From: Chthoniobacteraceae bacterium
Lineage (GTDB): Bacteria; Verrucomicrobiota; Verrucomicrobiia; Chthoniobacterales; Chthoniobacteraceae
Reading direction: 5' to 3'
DNA length: 64,000 nucleotides
Assembly: GCA_031409655.1 (NCBI GenBank)
Contig: JANNXQ010000107.1
Span: forward strand, 64,001 to 128,000
Below, in pieces: positions 10,060 through 20,237 of the stretch (position 1 is its first letter; the number at the start of each line of letters is the position of its first letter). Made by a program: the position numbers and the translations under genes. The notes beneath the pieces were generated by a model. That model was not told the origin of the DNA. It saw only the letters and a program-made list of their open reading frames with translations, and did not search any database.

Positions 10060-10758
10060 TTAGCGCGGGCGGACGATCAGCTCTTCGACGATCGCGCGCG
10101 ATGGCAGATGAATCGCGAGCAGCGCGCACTCCGCGATGTCTTCGGGCTGCATCATCCGCGCCCGGGCGGCCGCGTCGGGTGGCGCGGGACGCTTGTCGAG
10201 GATCGGCGTATCGATGTCGCCGGGAAAAATGGAGGTGGCGCGGACGCCCCGGCCGCGCTCCTCGGCGTTGATCGCCTGCGTGAGTCCCGCCATGCCGAAT
10301 TTTGAAATAACGTAGCCCGGTCCAGCCTTCGGGCTCGCGATGCGCCCCGCCTCGGAGACGATGTTCACAATCGTGCCCGAGCCCCGCGCGCGCATGTCCG
10401 GCAGCACCGCCTGCACACAATAGTACGCGCCGTTCAGGTTCGCGTTCATCATCTCGTGGTAGTCCGCATACGTGAGCACCTCCAGCGAGCGCTGCGGGAC
10501 ATTGGTGCCGGCGGCATTCACGAGCACCTCCACGCTCCCGAGTTCGGCGAATACCTTGCGTCCCATAGCGTCCACGGCTTCCGCGTCACCAATGTCGCAG
10601 GGGCAAACGAATCCGCCACTGGCCTGCGCCGCGACGGCTTCGAGCACTTCGCGCCGGCGCCCGACGAGAGCCACGCGCCATCCTTCTTTCGCAAGCGCGC
10701 TGGCGATGGCAGCACCGACGCCGCTGCCCGCTCCGGTGATGAGAGCTGTCTTCGGCAT
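10060..10758 (-). CDS. Short-chain dehydrogenase/reductase
   Basis: TGAGSGVG, NAAG, YVISK catalytic motif. Confidence 0.9.
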   Translation of the reverse strand: MPKTALITGAGSGVGAAIASALAKEGWRVALVGRRREVLEAVAAQASGGFVCPCDIGDAEAVDAMGRKVFAELGSVEVLVNAAGTNVPQRSLEVLTYADYHEMMNANLNGAYYCVQAVLPDMRARGSGTIVNIVSEAGRIASPKAGPGYVISKFGMAGLTQAINAEERGRGVRATSIFPGDIDTPILDKRPAPPDAAARARMMQPEDIAECALLAIHLPSRAIVEELIVRPR

Positions 10759-10760
10759 AC

Positions 10761-11843
10761 TCAGGAGGCTGGCACTTCAACCCACGCGCCCGTTTCCGCC
10801 GAGCGCACTGCGGCATCGGTGACGGCTTGGGTGCGCACGCCATCGTAGAAGCTCGGAACGCACGGACGCTCATTGCGGATGGCATCGATGAACTCGAACG
10901 CCTGATCGTAGCGGAAGGTGACGAGCGGATCGCCTGCAAAGGGATCGCGCGGCGAGCCGGGCCACACCCAGAATTCCTCCGGCACGCCGATCGGCATCAA
11001 GCCCGGTCCGCCGCGCTTCCCATACATCAGCTTGCGCCAGTTGCCGGTCGTGAATTCGAAAGTGCCTTCGCTGCCGTTCAGCTCCACGGAATCGAGCGAA
11101 CGCCACGATTCATTCCGCCCGCTGGCCAGCTTCGAACTCTCCAGTACGCCCGTCGCGCCATTTTGAAATTCACCGAGGATCGCCACCCAATCGTCGAGGT
11201 CGCTCGGGTGTCCCTCCCGGTCGTGGACGAGATTTTTCGTCTGCGCCACGAGGCGCTTCATCGGTCCCACAAGATGCTGCGCAAAGTCGATCCGGTGCGA
11301 GAGCATGTCGCCGAGTTCGCCAGTGCCCGCGAGCTTCTTCACCTGCCGCCAGCCGAGATTGCGCGTGCCCCAATCCTGCAACCGGCAGGAGCGGTAGTGA
11401 TACGGCTGGCCGAGGTCGCCCCGCTTGATGAGGTGCCCGAGGTAGCGCATCGCGGGGACGAAACGATACGTGAAGGCCGTCATGTGCCGCACCTTCGCGG
11501 CGTCGGCAGCATCGGCCATCCCTTTCGCCTCCGCATGGCTCATCGCGAGCGGCTTCTCGGAGAGCACGTGTTTGCTGGCGGCGATCGCCGCGTGGGCGAT
11601 CGGCGCGTGCAGAAAATTTGGCGTAGCGATGATCACTGCATGGACGTCGTCGCGCTGCACGATCTCTTCGTAGTTCGTGGAAGTGACAGTGATGCCGGTG
11701 TCGCGGCTCGCGCGCTCGAGGGTCTCGGGATTGCTGTCGCAGAGCGCGATGACCTTGGTCTCGGCGCAGAGCGCGATACCGGGCAGATGGTTTTGCAGCG
11801 TGATTCCGCCGCAACCGACGATGGCGATGCCGAGGGGTTTCAT
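10761..11843 (-). CDS. Gfo/Idh/MocA oxidoreductase
   Basis: IAIVGCGGI, HVLSEKPLA, DMLSH; start reassigned to ATG 11843. Confidence 0.9.
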   Translation of the reverse strand: MKPLGIAIVGCGGITLQNHLPGIALCAETKVIALCDSNPETLERASRDTGITVTSTNYEEIVQRDDVHAVIIATPNFLHAPIAHAAIAASKHVLSEKPLAMSHAEAKGMADAADAAKVRHMTAFTYRFVPAMRYLGHLIKRGDLGQPYHYRSCRLQDWGTRNLGWRQVKKLAGTGELGDMLSHRIDFAQHLVGPMKRLVAQTKNLVHDREGHPSDLDDWVAILGEFQNGATGVLESSKLASGRNESWRSLDSVELNGSEGTFEFTTGNWRKLMYGKRGGPGLMPIGVPEEFWVWPGSPRDPFAGDPLVTFRYDQAFEFIDAIRNERPCVPSFYDGVRTQAVTDAAVRSAETGAWVEVPAS

Positions 11844-11884
11844 GGAAGCGCGCGGTTGTCGCAGTCGTGCCGGTGCGCCGCAAG

Positions 11885-13072
11885 TCAGCTTTTCTCCGCG
11901 CCGCCGCGGATCGTCTTCTGAAAAAGTTCGATGAGGGCGCGCGCCGCCCGCAGGCGTTCGTAGCGCGCGTCGAAGCAAGCGCGCGCCCGCGCCCGCATCT
12001 GCGGCTTCGCCGCTTCGTCGAGATCGATCCAGCGCTGCAGCAGCCGCGTGGTGCCCGCGAGATCGTCGCGATCGGCAAAGCCCGCGCCGTCGCCCACGAC
12101 CTCGCGCCAGATGTTCACTTGGTTTGAAGTGAGCACCGGTGTGCCGCAGGCCAGAGCTTCGACCACCGCGACGCCGAAATTTTCCTGATGCGACGGCAGG
12201 ATAAACGCATCCGCCGCGCGAAAGGCGCCCCACTTCGCCTCGCCGGAAACCATGTCGCCCCAAAGGATGTCGGGCGCTCCGGATTCGTTCCGCGACTTCT
12301 CCTCCAGCCGCGCGCGATAACCCGGATCGGCACACGGCCCCGCGAGCACGACGCAATATTTCTCCCGCTGCCACGCCTCCTGACTGCGCACGGCGCGGAG
12401 TGCTTCGACCAGCAGATCACATCCTTTCTTCTCGTGAATCCTTCCGAGAAAAAGCAGCACCCGGCGGCCTCGCGCCGCGGGCAGCCACTCGTGGAAAGCC
12501 TGCTTTTGCCGCTCCGCATCGCCCGTCGGCGCCGCGATCCCGAGCGGCACCACGGCCTTCCGACAGCGGAAGGGCGTAAAGGAGCACCGCGAATTTCGCC
12601 ACTCCTCATCGGACGTGAAAATGACCGCCGCAGCCTGCTCCATCGCGCGATGCTGCCACAGCCACCAATACACACATTTCTTCAGATGCTTCAGCGGGTA
12701 AGTGCGTCGAAACCAGACATCCAGCATCCCGTGCGGGAAGAGAAAATAGGGAGTCCTCGTGCCAGCCAGGGCTTTGGAAGTGCCGACGCTGTGGTGCTGC
12801 CAAACGCCATTCGCGATGACGACGTCGTATTCCCCAGCATGCTCGCGCAGCCACGGCACGAAACGCGCCGAGTAGCCAAAGCTCCCCTTGCCCGGCCCGA
12901 GCGCATGCACTTTCACCGCGCACTGCCCGACCCACGGATCATCCGGCCTATCCAGCGAGGCGATCTCGACGCTGTGCCCGAGTTCCCGATGCGCCGCCGC
13001 CAATTGTACGACCGCCTCACTGGTCCCGCCGGTCGCGGGATTGATGCTATGGATGGTGTGCAGGATGCGCAC
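11885..13072 (-). CDS. Glycosyltransferase family 4
   Basis: GRIHEKKG, PSHQENFGVAVVEALACGTPV; start at GTG 13072. Confidence 0.9.
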   Translation of the reverse strand: MRILHTIHSINPATGGTSEAVVQLAAAHRELGHSVEIASLDRPDDPWVGQCAVKVHALGPGKGSFGYSARFVPWLREHAGEYDVVIANGVWQHHSVGTSKALAGTRTPYFLFPHGMLDVWFRRTYPLKHLKKCVYWWLWQHRAMEQAAAVIFTSDEEWRNSRCSFTPFRCRKAVVPLGIAAPTGDAERQKQAFHEWLPAARGRRVLLFLGRIHEKKGCDLLVEALRAVRSQEAWQREKYCVVLAGPCADPGYRARLEEKSRNESGAPDILWGDMVSGEAKWGAFRAADAFILPSHQENFGVAVVEALACGTPVLTSNQVNIWREVVGDGAGFADRDDLAGTTRLLQRWIDLDEAAKPQMRARARACFDARYERLRAARALIELFQKTIRGGAEKS

Positions 13073-13170
13073 GAAGGCGGGATGAGGTGACGGACGGAAA
13101 TGCAGCGGCACTTTCTCGGTGAGAAATGCACCGCCCGTCGAGCCCGCCGTGGCAACCCCGCGATCCGCCC

Positions 13171-15396
13171 TTACTTCGCCGCCACCGTCGGCGCGACCGG
13201 CGAGAAGGTCTCGATGTAGCCGATCATCATCTCCTCATACGTCTGCTGCCCCCAGTGGACGGTCTTCGTCGGATCGGGGTTCGCCTTGTTCGCGGGGCTG
13301 TTGTCAAACACGGCCGTGACGCGCAGGGTGCTGCCGCGCGGAATGAAACGCGGCTCGGCGAGATCGTAGCGGATCTGCCAGTTGAAATCGTAACGCGGAA
13401 TATCGAGCAGCGTCTCAGCGGTGCCGTCGGCCTTCATCAACTCGTATTTGAAGGCTTTCCCGCGCACATGCATGTGCGCGACAAAGGCCATCACGTTGAG
13501 GTCGATCGGCACTTTCCGCGACGCGGTCTCCACGTGGTCCGCGGCTCCCGGTGGAATGTTCAGATCGCGATCCGGCAGCGCGACGGTCTCGACCAGATAA
13601 CGTGGCGTCTCTTTCGCGAAGATCAGGCCCATGCGCAATTGGTCCTGAGTCGCCTTGCCACTCGGGGTGTAATGAATCTGAAAGCTCACCCTGCTCCCTG
13701 CGGGCAGCTTGCGCGCAAAGCCCGAGGGATAGACCTGCGAGCCATTCCCCGGGACATACGCCGCCCAATAACCACCAAGGCCTTCCTCCCGGTCGCGCAC
13801 CTTACCGGTGCCTTTCGCGTGTACGTTCACGATGACGTGATGCACCACACTGCGATCCGTCGGGAGGATCTCGTAACCTTGCACCCATTTATCTTCAGTC
13901 AGTGTCGTCTCCGCGGTGATGAATTGATAAGGCATATACCCCTCCGCCTTCACCGCGATGGGTCGCGGTAGTTGCACAATGTAATCCGGCTTCCCGATCG
14001 TCCACTCTTCTGGAAAGACGAGCTTCGCGGGGGCCTCGGCGGGATTTCCCAGCGGACGATCCGCCGACCCGATCCACGCGAGCAGGTCCGCCTTGTCGCG
14101 TTCGGCAAGAGAGCAGTCATTCGCCCAGGGGTTCGGCGAGCCCGCCTTCACCGGCGCGGCAAACCACGGCGGCATCGTCCGCTCCGAGACCACGCGTTCG
14201 ATGACCTTCGCGCGATCCTTCACTTCCGCGAGGTCATCAAGAGGGAAAGGCGCGATGCCCTGGTCGCGATGGCACGTCACGCAATTCAGCTGCAAGATCC
14301 GCGCGACATCGCGGTGATACGTCACCTCAGTCGTCGCGCGATTTCCCGCCTCCGGAATGTCCAGTTCACAGCCCGGAGCTTCGGTCGCGACGATCGCGGG
14401 CCGCTGGCTCGCGAGCATCGCGGTGACCGCGTCGCGGAGATACTTCGTGCGCGGAGCGTCGAGGTTGTAATTCACGCCATACTGATCATCGAGCGCACCG
14501 CGGTAGAGCAGCGTGCGCGTCGCATCGAGGAGGAAAACCTCCGTCGTCGTGCGAGCACCGAGCGCAGTGGCGAGCTTCTTTTCCTGGTCACGCACATAAG
14601 GTGCCGCAAGCCCGGCCGCCATGAGTTGCGCCTGGATGTCCTCCCGGCGATCGCTCGCATAGGGATTCACGAGCAAAAGCCCCACGCCCTGCACCCGCAG
14701 ATCCTTCTCCAGCGTCGCCAGCGAAGGCGCATAGCGTTTACTCACCGGGCACGTCGCACTCGTCATCGCGATCACCAATCCATTTTTCCCCGCGACCTCG
14801 CTCAGCTTCCGCGGCGCGCCCTGCAGATCCACAAAGTTCAGCTCCTCGATCATCCGGCCCACGCCGACATCTCCGCCTTTCAAGATCCGCGGCCCACTCG
14901 TCACCGGCTGCGCCACCGCAGGCGCCGTGCTGGCGGGAGTCGTCGGCAATTCGCCACCGAGTCGGCTGTACCTTTCCAGTGCCTCCGATGCCTCAGCACG
15001 CGTGATGCGGCCATCACCGTCACCGTCCACCGCGAGCAGTCGCCGGGCCTTTCCGGGCAGTTCATCGGCCGTCAGCGCGCCATCGCCATTTGTGTCCAGA
15101 TATTTGAAAAGTTGTTCTCCCGTTTGCTTTCCGGAGTCCGACTCCGCCGGCGAGACCGCGCCGGCCACCAACCCACGCGTCGTCTCCTCGAGCGTGATCA
15201 CTCCGTCCTTGTCCCGATCAAATCGCGCGAAGGTCGCCGCGTCCGGCAATTCGTCAGGAGTCACCTTGCCGTCGCTGTTTTTATCAAAGCGCTTAAAGAC
15301 CGCACCCACCCCGCCCAGCCCCTGGGCATTTGCAACATGGGAGGCCGCGAGGGCGGCAACGACGAGGAGTGGCAATTTCAGGCGTGGAAAGTTCAT
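13171..15396 (-). CDS. Secreted EF-hand + redoxin + c-type heme + Cu type II monooxygenase-like fusion
   Basis: Signal peptide; EF loops DKNSDGKV, DRDKDGVI, DTNGDGAL, DGDGDGRI; TCPVS redoxin with YRGALDDQ; CVTCH; VHH, HMH, EEMM. Confidence 0.8.
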   Translation of the reverse strand: MNFPRLKLPLLVVAALAASHVANAQGLGGVGAVFKRFDKNSDGKVTPDELPDAATFARFDRDKDGVITLEETTRGLVAGAVSPAESDSGKQTGEQLFKYLDTNGDGALTADELPGKARRLLAVDGDGDGRITRAEASEALERYSRLGGELPTTPASTAPAVAQPVTSGPRILKGGDVGVGRMIEELNFVDLQGAPRKLSEVAGKNGLVIAMTSATCPVSKRYAPSLATLEKDLRVQGVGLLLVNPYASDRREDIQAQLMAAGLAAPYVRDQEKKLATALGARTTTEVFLLDATRTLLYRGALDDQYGVNYNLDAPRTKYLRDAVTAMLASQRPAIVATEAPGCELDIPEAGNRATTEVTYHRDVARILQLNCVTCHRDQGIAPFPLDDLAEVKDRAKVIERVVSERTMPPWFAAPVKAGSPNPWANDCSLAERDKADLLAWIGSADRPLGNPAEAPAKLVFPEEWTIGKPDYIVQLPRPIAVKAEGYMPYQFITAETTLTEDKWVQGYEILPTDRSVVHHVIVNVHAKGTGKVRDREEGLGGYWAAYVPGNGSQVYPSGFARKLPAGSRVSFQIHYTPSGKATQDQLRMGLIFAKETPRYLVETVALPDRDLNIPPGAADHVETASRKVPIDLNVMAFVAHMHVRGKAFKYELMKADGTAETLLDIPRYDFNWQIRYDLAEPRFIPRGSTLRVTAVFDNSPANKANPDPTKTVHWGQQTYEEMMIGYIETFSPVAPTVAAK

Positions 15397-15497
15397 CGGG
15401 TACTTGAACGCCGGTCACGGCCAACGGTTACGCGCAACGAGTATTTAATTCCAACCCGCCAGCCTTGGACCCAATCCGCAGCGGCCAAGCTCCCCTC

Positions 15498-16415
15498 TCA
15501 TTTTCGCGCCTTTTGACCCGCTCGCTGGGTCAGCGCCACAATGGCTGGGTGGGTGAGACGGCGCTCGGCGGTGATTGCGAAAAACTGGGTCACGATCGCA
15601 GGCGTCCGCCCGAGGGAGACGAAACCATACCGCTCGATGGCTTCCGCGGCGACGGCGGTGGGAATCACCACGAACCCCAAGCCATCCGTGCCCGCGATCT
15701 TGGCCAGCGCATGATCTTCAAACTCGCCCACCACGCGGGGCTCGATCGCCACGCTCCGGAACCATCGCTCAAGGTCCCGCCGGAGACTGCAATTTTGCGT
15801 GGGGAGCAGCCCCGGGGCTTCGTGAAGATTGCGGGGAAACCTTCCCTTCAGCGTCCGCGCGAGGCCCGGCATCGCGCAAAAGGTGATGTCGCTGCTGCTC
15901 AGCAAATGGTTGAAGACCTTGCCGCTCTGGCTCGGGGAAGCAGGCTCGTCGGAGAGCACGACATCGACCCGGTGCGTGGTGAGTTGGGCCAAAAGTTCCG
16001 CCAGCTTGCCCTCATGACAGGTGAGGTGGATGGGTGGGTCGTGCTCAAAGATCGGCCGCAGGATGTCGAAGCTCATCAGTTTCGGAAACGAATCGACGAT
16101 GCCCGCGTGCAGCCGCAGTGAACGCGCCGTGGGCGCCTGCTTCGCCGCGCGCAGCACTTCGCCCCCGAGGGTGAAGATCTCCTCCGCGTAGCCGAAAATG
16201 ATCTGCCCAAACTCGGTGAGCACCGACGACCGGCCACTCGGGCGGAAGAGATCTTCGCCGAGCGCCGTCTCGAGGAGCTGGATCTGGGTGCAAATGGACG
16301 GCTGCGAGACGTGCAACCTCTCCGCCGCGCGGCGGAGGCTGCCTTCTTTCGCCACCGTCCAAAAGTACCGCAGGTGGTGGTAGTTGAGAAATTCGGGAGC
16401 GGGCGAGTGTTCCAT
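15498..16415 (-). CDS. LysR regulator, NhaR-like
   Basis: FLNYHHLRYFWTVAKEGS..AAERLHVSQPS and ERRLTHPA tail resemble NhaR. Confidence 0.85.
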   Translation of the reverse strand: MEHSPAPEFLNYHHLRYFWTVAKEGSLRRAAERLHVSQPSICTQIQLLETALGEDLFRPSGRSSVLTEFGQIIFGYAEEIFTLGGEVLRAAKQAPTARSLRLHAGIVDSFPKLMSFDILRPIFEHDPPIHLTCHEGKLAELLAQLTTHRVDVVLSDEPASPSQSGKVFNHLLSSSDITFCAMPGLARTLKGRFPRNLHEAPGLLPTQNCSLRRDLERWFRSVAIEPRVVGEFEDHALAKIAGTDGLGFVVIPTAVAAEAIERYGFVSLGRTPAIVTQFFAITAERRLTHPAIVALTQRAGQKARK

Positions 16416-16498
16416 TTAGCAGAAGTGTTCGTGAGTGAGTTCGTCATATTCAAACCACGGGAGTCTGTCGAGATTGGCGCCCTTCCAAAATCCATCCG

Positions 16499-16852
16499 AT
16501 GAAACTCGTCCTCAAACATCTCCATCACACGCCCTCCGCCTCCCTCAATGCCTTGATCGACAAGCATCTGGAAGAATTCGGGAAATCGCTGCAGATCGAA
16601 GAAGCACGAGTCGTGGTCGAGCGCCGCCTCAACGCGAGTCCCGCCTTTCACGTCAGCGTGCATTTCGTCACACCCGGCCCGGATGTCTTCGCGGAGGCGA
16701 TGGACCACACCCTGCGCGCCGCGCTGCAAAAGACGGTCGAGAAACTCGAGACCTCCATCGGTCACCGGCACGACAAGCAAAAGCGGCCTCCTCGCGCCTC
16801 TCTCAAGAGCGCGCCAACGGCCCGGATCACATCCGCTGCAACTCGCCGCTGA
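16499..16852 (+). CDS. HPF/RaiA (S30AE)-like ribosome-associated protein
   Basis: Size and beta-alpha pattern, FHVSVHFVTPGPDVFAE..DHTLRAA. Confidence 0.65.
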   Translation: MKLVLKHLHHTPSASLNALIDKHLEEFGKSLQIEEARVVVERRLNASPAFHVSVHFVTPGPDVFAEAMDHTLRAALQKTVEKLETSIGHRHDKQKRPPRASLKSAPTARITSAATRR

Positions 16853-16885
16853 TCGCGAATACTCACCCACACTTCACCCATCTTC

Positions 16886-17848
16886 ATGACTAATACCCTC
16901 TGGCTCTGGATCGGCTTCAATGTCTTCGTCCTCCTCATGCTCGCGCTCGACCTTGGCGTCTTCCATCGGAAGGCGCATGTGGTCTCCTTTCGCGAAGCCA
17001 TCGCCTGGACGATCGCCTGGGTCACCCTGGCCATGCTCTTTAATATCGGCATTTGGTATTATGCCGGAGCGCAGAAGGCCCTGGAATTCACCACTGGCTA
17101 CGTCATCGAATACTCGCTCAGCGTGGATAACATCTTCGTCTTCGCGATGCTGTTTTCGTATTTCGCGGTGCCGCCGCTCTATCAGCACCGGGTGCTCTTC
17201 TGGGGCATCCTCGGCGCGCTGGTCCTGCGGGCTCTGATGATCGTCGCGGGCACCGTGTTGATCACGAAGTTTGCGTGGATCATCTATGTCTTCGGCGCGT
17301 TTCTGATCATCACCGGCATCAAAATGATCGTTAAGCGCGAGGAGGAGATTCACCCCGAGCGCAACCCGGTGGTGCGCTGGTTTAAGAAACTCATGCCGGT
17401 GACCAGCGACTATCGCGGCGATAAGTTCTTTGTGCGCGAAAACGGCGTGCGCATGGCCACGCCGCTCTTCGTGGTGCTCTTGCTGGTGGAAGTCTCCGAC
17501 GTGATTTTCGCGGTCGATTCCATCCCGGCGATCTTCGCGGTCACCAAGGATCCATTCATCGTCTATACGTCGAATGTCTTCGCCATCCTCGGTCTGCGCT
17601 CGCTGTATTTCGCGCTGGCGGGAGTGTTGGACAAATTCCACTACCTCAAGATCGGTCTCGGTGTCGTGCTGACCTTTGTCGGCGTGAAGATGCTGCTCGG
17701 GCACACCGCTTACAAGATCGACACGCTCGTCTCGCTCGGCGTGATCGTCGGCGTGCTTGCCGCGTCGATTATCGTGTCGCTCATGCGGCCGAAGAAAGCG
17801 GAGCTGCAGCTCGGCCACGCTCCAGATGTGACCCCTCCGCAACCCTGA
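16886..17848 (+). CDS. terC: TerC/Alx membrane protein, copy 1
   Basis: LALDLGVFHRK, EYSLSVDN, DVIFAVDSIPAI, TSNVFAILGLRSLYF. Confidence 0.9.
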   Translation: MTNTLWLWIGFNVFVLLMLALDLGVFHRKAHVVSFREAIAWTIAWVTLAMLFNIGIWYYAGAQKALEFTTGYVIEYSLSVDNIFVFAMLFSYFAVPPLYQHRVLFWGILGALVLRALMIVAGTVLITKFAWIIYVFGAFLIITGIKMIVKREEEIHPERNPVVRWFKKLMPVTSDYRGDKFFVRENGVRMATPLFVVLLLVEVSDVIFAVDSIPAIFAVTKDPFIVYTSNVFAILGLRSLYFALAGVLDKFHYLKIGLGVVLTFVGVKMLLGHTAYKIDTLVSLGVIVGVLAASIIVSLMRPKKAELQLGHAPDVTPPQP

Positions 17849-17937
17849 TGCGCATTGCCCTCGCCGTCCGCGCGCTATTTTAAAGCACCGCAGATCGCGG
17901 CCAACTTAGCCATACTTCCACACTCCCATCGTAACTA

Positions 17938-18900
17938 ATGACTAATAACCTCTGGCTCTGGATCGGCTTCAACGTCTTCGTCCTCCTCATGCTCGCGCTC
18001 GACCTTGGCGTTTTCCATCGGAAGGCACACGTCGTGACTTTCAAGGAGTCGATGGCGTGGACCGTCGTCTGGGTCACGCTCGCGCTGATCTTCAACCTCG
18101 TTGTGTGGCACTACATGGGGCCGCAGAAGGGGCTCGAGTTCTTCACCGGCTACGTCATCGAGAAGTCGCTCAGCGTGGATAACGTCTTCGTCTTCGCGCT
18201 CCTCTTTACCTACTTCGCGGTGCCGGCGCTTTATCAGCACAAGGTGCTCTTCTGGGGGATCCTCGGCGCGCTGATCATGCGGGCGATCATGATCTTCCTC
18301 GGGGCGGCTCTGATCGAACGCTTCACCTGGATCATCTACATCTTCGGCGCGTTCCTCATTCTCACGGGCATCAAGATGATCGTGAAGCGCGAGGAAGAGA
18401 TTCATCCCGAGCGCAACCCGCTGGTCCGCTGGTTTAAGAAGCTGATGCCGGTGACGAACGACTATCGCGGCGACAAGTTCTTCGTGCGGGAAAACGGCGT
18501 CCGCATGGCCACCCCGCTCTTTATCGTGCTGCTGCTCGTCGAGTTCTCCGACCTGATTTTTGCGGTCGATTCGATCCCCGCGATCTTCGCGGTCACCAAG
18601 GATCCGTTCATCGTCTATACGTCGAACGTCTTCGCCATCCTCGGCCTGCGCTCGCTCTATTTCGCCCTCGCCGGAGTGATGGACAAATTCCACTACCTCA
18701 AGATCGGCCTGGGTGTCGTGCTCACCTTCGTCGGCGTGAAGATGCTGCTCGGGCACACGCCTTACAAGATCGACACCCTGGTCTCGCTCGGCGTCATCGT
18801 CACCGTGCTCGCCGCCTCGATCGTCGTGTCGCTGCTGCGACCCAAGAAAGCAGTCATGAAAATCGGCCACGCTCCGGGGACGACCCCTGAGCAACCCTGA
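17938..18900 (+). CDS. terC: TerC/Alx membrane protein, copy 2
   Basis: Same motifs with EKSLSVDN; 320 aa like copy 1. Confidence 0.9.
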   Translation: MTNNLWLWIGFNVFVLLMLALDLGVFHRKAHVVTFKESMAWTVVWVTLALIFNLVVWHYMGPQKGLEFFTGYVIEKSLSVDNVFVFALLFTYFAVPALYQHKVLFWGILGALIMRAIMIFLGAALIERFTWIIYIFGAFLILTGIKMIVKREEEIHPERNPLVRWFKKLMPVTNDYRGDKFFVRENGVRMATPLFIVLLLVEFSDLIFAVDSIPAIFAVTKDPFIVYTSNVFAILGLRSLYFALAGVMDKFHYLKIGLGVVLTFVGVKMLLGHTPYKIDTLVSLGVIVTVLAASIVVSLLRPKKAVMKIGHAPGTTPEQP

Positions 18901-20237
18901 TGAGCATCGTCCTCGTCGAGATTCTCATTGTGCTTGCGCTGTTCATTGCCAATGGGGTTTTCGCCATGAGCGAGATGGCCGTCGTGTCGTCGCGAAAGTC
19001 GCGGCTCAAGCAGATGGCTGCGGACGGCAACGCCGGTGCGACTGCCGCGCTCCGTCTGGCAGAGGCCCCGAATCGTTTCCTGCCCACCGTGCAAATTGGC
19101 ATCACGCTGATCGGCCTGCTGGCCGGTGCCTTCAGCGGCGCCACGCTGGCGGGCGAGTTGGCCGCGAGGCTGAAACCGCTGCCTGGCTTCGCGCCGTTTG
19201 CCGATGCGGTCAGCGTGGGGCTCGTCGTGGTCGCGCTTGGGTTCCTGTCGGTCATCATCGGCGAACTCGCGCCAAAGCGCATCGCGCTGGCGGCCCCGGA
19301 GAAGATTGCCAGCCGGCTCTCGCGACCGATCGAGTTAATTAGTCGCCTCGCCCAGCCAGTTGTCGAACTGTTGAGCGGCGCAACCGGCCTCCTGCTCCGC
19401 ATGTTACGGATCAAGCCTAGCCAGCCGGACGGCGTTTCCGAAGACGAAGTGCGGCTGCTTTTGCATGAAGGCCGGGAAAGTGGCGTCTTTCTTAGGGAAG
19501 AGCCGCGCATGGTCGAGTCCGTGCTCTCGTTTGACCGTCGTCCGGTCCGGGAAATCATGACGCCGCGGCCCAAGCTTGTCTTTGTAAGCCTGGCCGATAC
19601 GCAGGAAACGCTGTGGCATAAGATCGTCGTGTCCGGTCATTCGAGTTACCCGGTCTGTGCGGAGGATCGCGATCATATCGTCGGCGTGGTCACGGTGAAA
19701 TCCGTCTATGCCAACCTCGCGGCTGGCACCCCCGTTCGCGTGATCGACCTCCTGACCAATCCGCTCTTCGTCACGCCAGACGAGCCGGTGCTGGATGTCC
19801 TGAACCATTTCAAGCGCACCGGCGTGCATCTCGCCGTGGTCCGTGAAGCCGACGGTCGCTCGGTCGGACTCGTTACGCTCGTGGATGTGCTCGAAGCCAT
19901 CGTCGGCGACATTCCCTCTCTTGAAGATCGGCTGCGGCCCGAAGCCCGGCAGCGCCCGGATGGCTCCTGGTTGGTCGATGGCCAATACCTTCTCGAGAAA
20001 CTCGCCGCCCTGCTCGGCGTCGCCTTCGCATCGCCGACCTCCGATGCGGGCGCCACGCTTGCCTCGTTTGTCGGCGATCAACTTGCCAGCCATCCCCGCG
20101 AGGGCGATTGCTTCGACTGCGCCGGCCTGCATTTTGAGATCATCGATATGGACCGCACCTCCGTGGACAAGGTCCTGATCCACGCCACACCTGCGGCAGT
20201 AGCGCCTCGGACCACGGAAACCTCGGTCGCCGAATGA
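18900..20237 (+). CDS. CNNM/DUF21-CBS-CorC (HlyC/CorB-type) transporter
   Basis: NGVFAMSEMAVVS, TVQIGIT, GELAPK, CBS pair (IMTPR, LEAIVGDI), CorC tail. Confidence 0.9.
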   Translation: MSIVLVEILIVLALFIANGVFAMSEMAVVSSRKSRLKQMAADGNAGATAALRLAEAPNRFLPTVQIGITLIGLLAGAFSGATLAGELAARLKPLPGFAPFADAVSVGLVVVALGFLSVIIGELAPKRIALAAPEKIASRLSRPIELISRLAQPVVELLSGATGLLLRMLRIKPSQPDGVSEDEVRLLLHEGRESGVFLREEPRMVESVLSFDRRPVREIMTPRPKLVFVSLADTQETLWHKIVVSGHSSYPVCAEDRDHIVGVVTVKSVYANLAAGTPVRVIDLLTNPLFVTPDEPVLDVLNHFKRTGVHLAVVREADGRSVGLVTLVDVLEAIVGDIPSLEDRLRPEARQRPDGSWLVDGQYLLEKLAALLGVAFASPTSDAGATLASFVGDQLASHPREGDCFDCAGLHFEIIDMDRTSVDKVLIHATPAAVAPRTTETSVAE

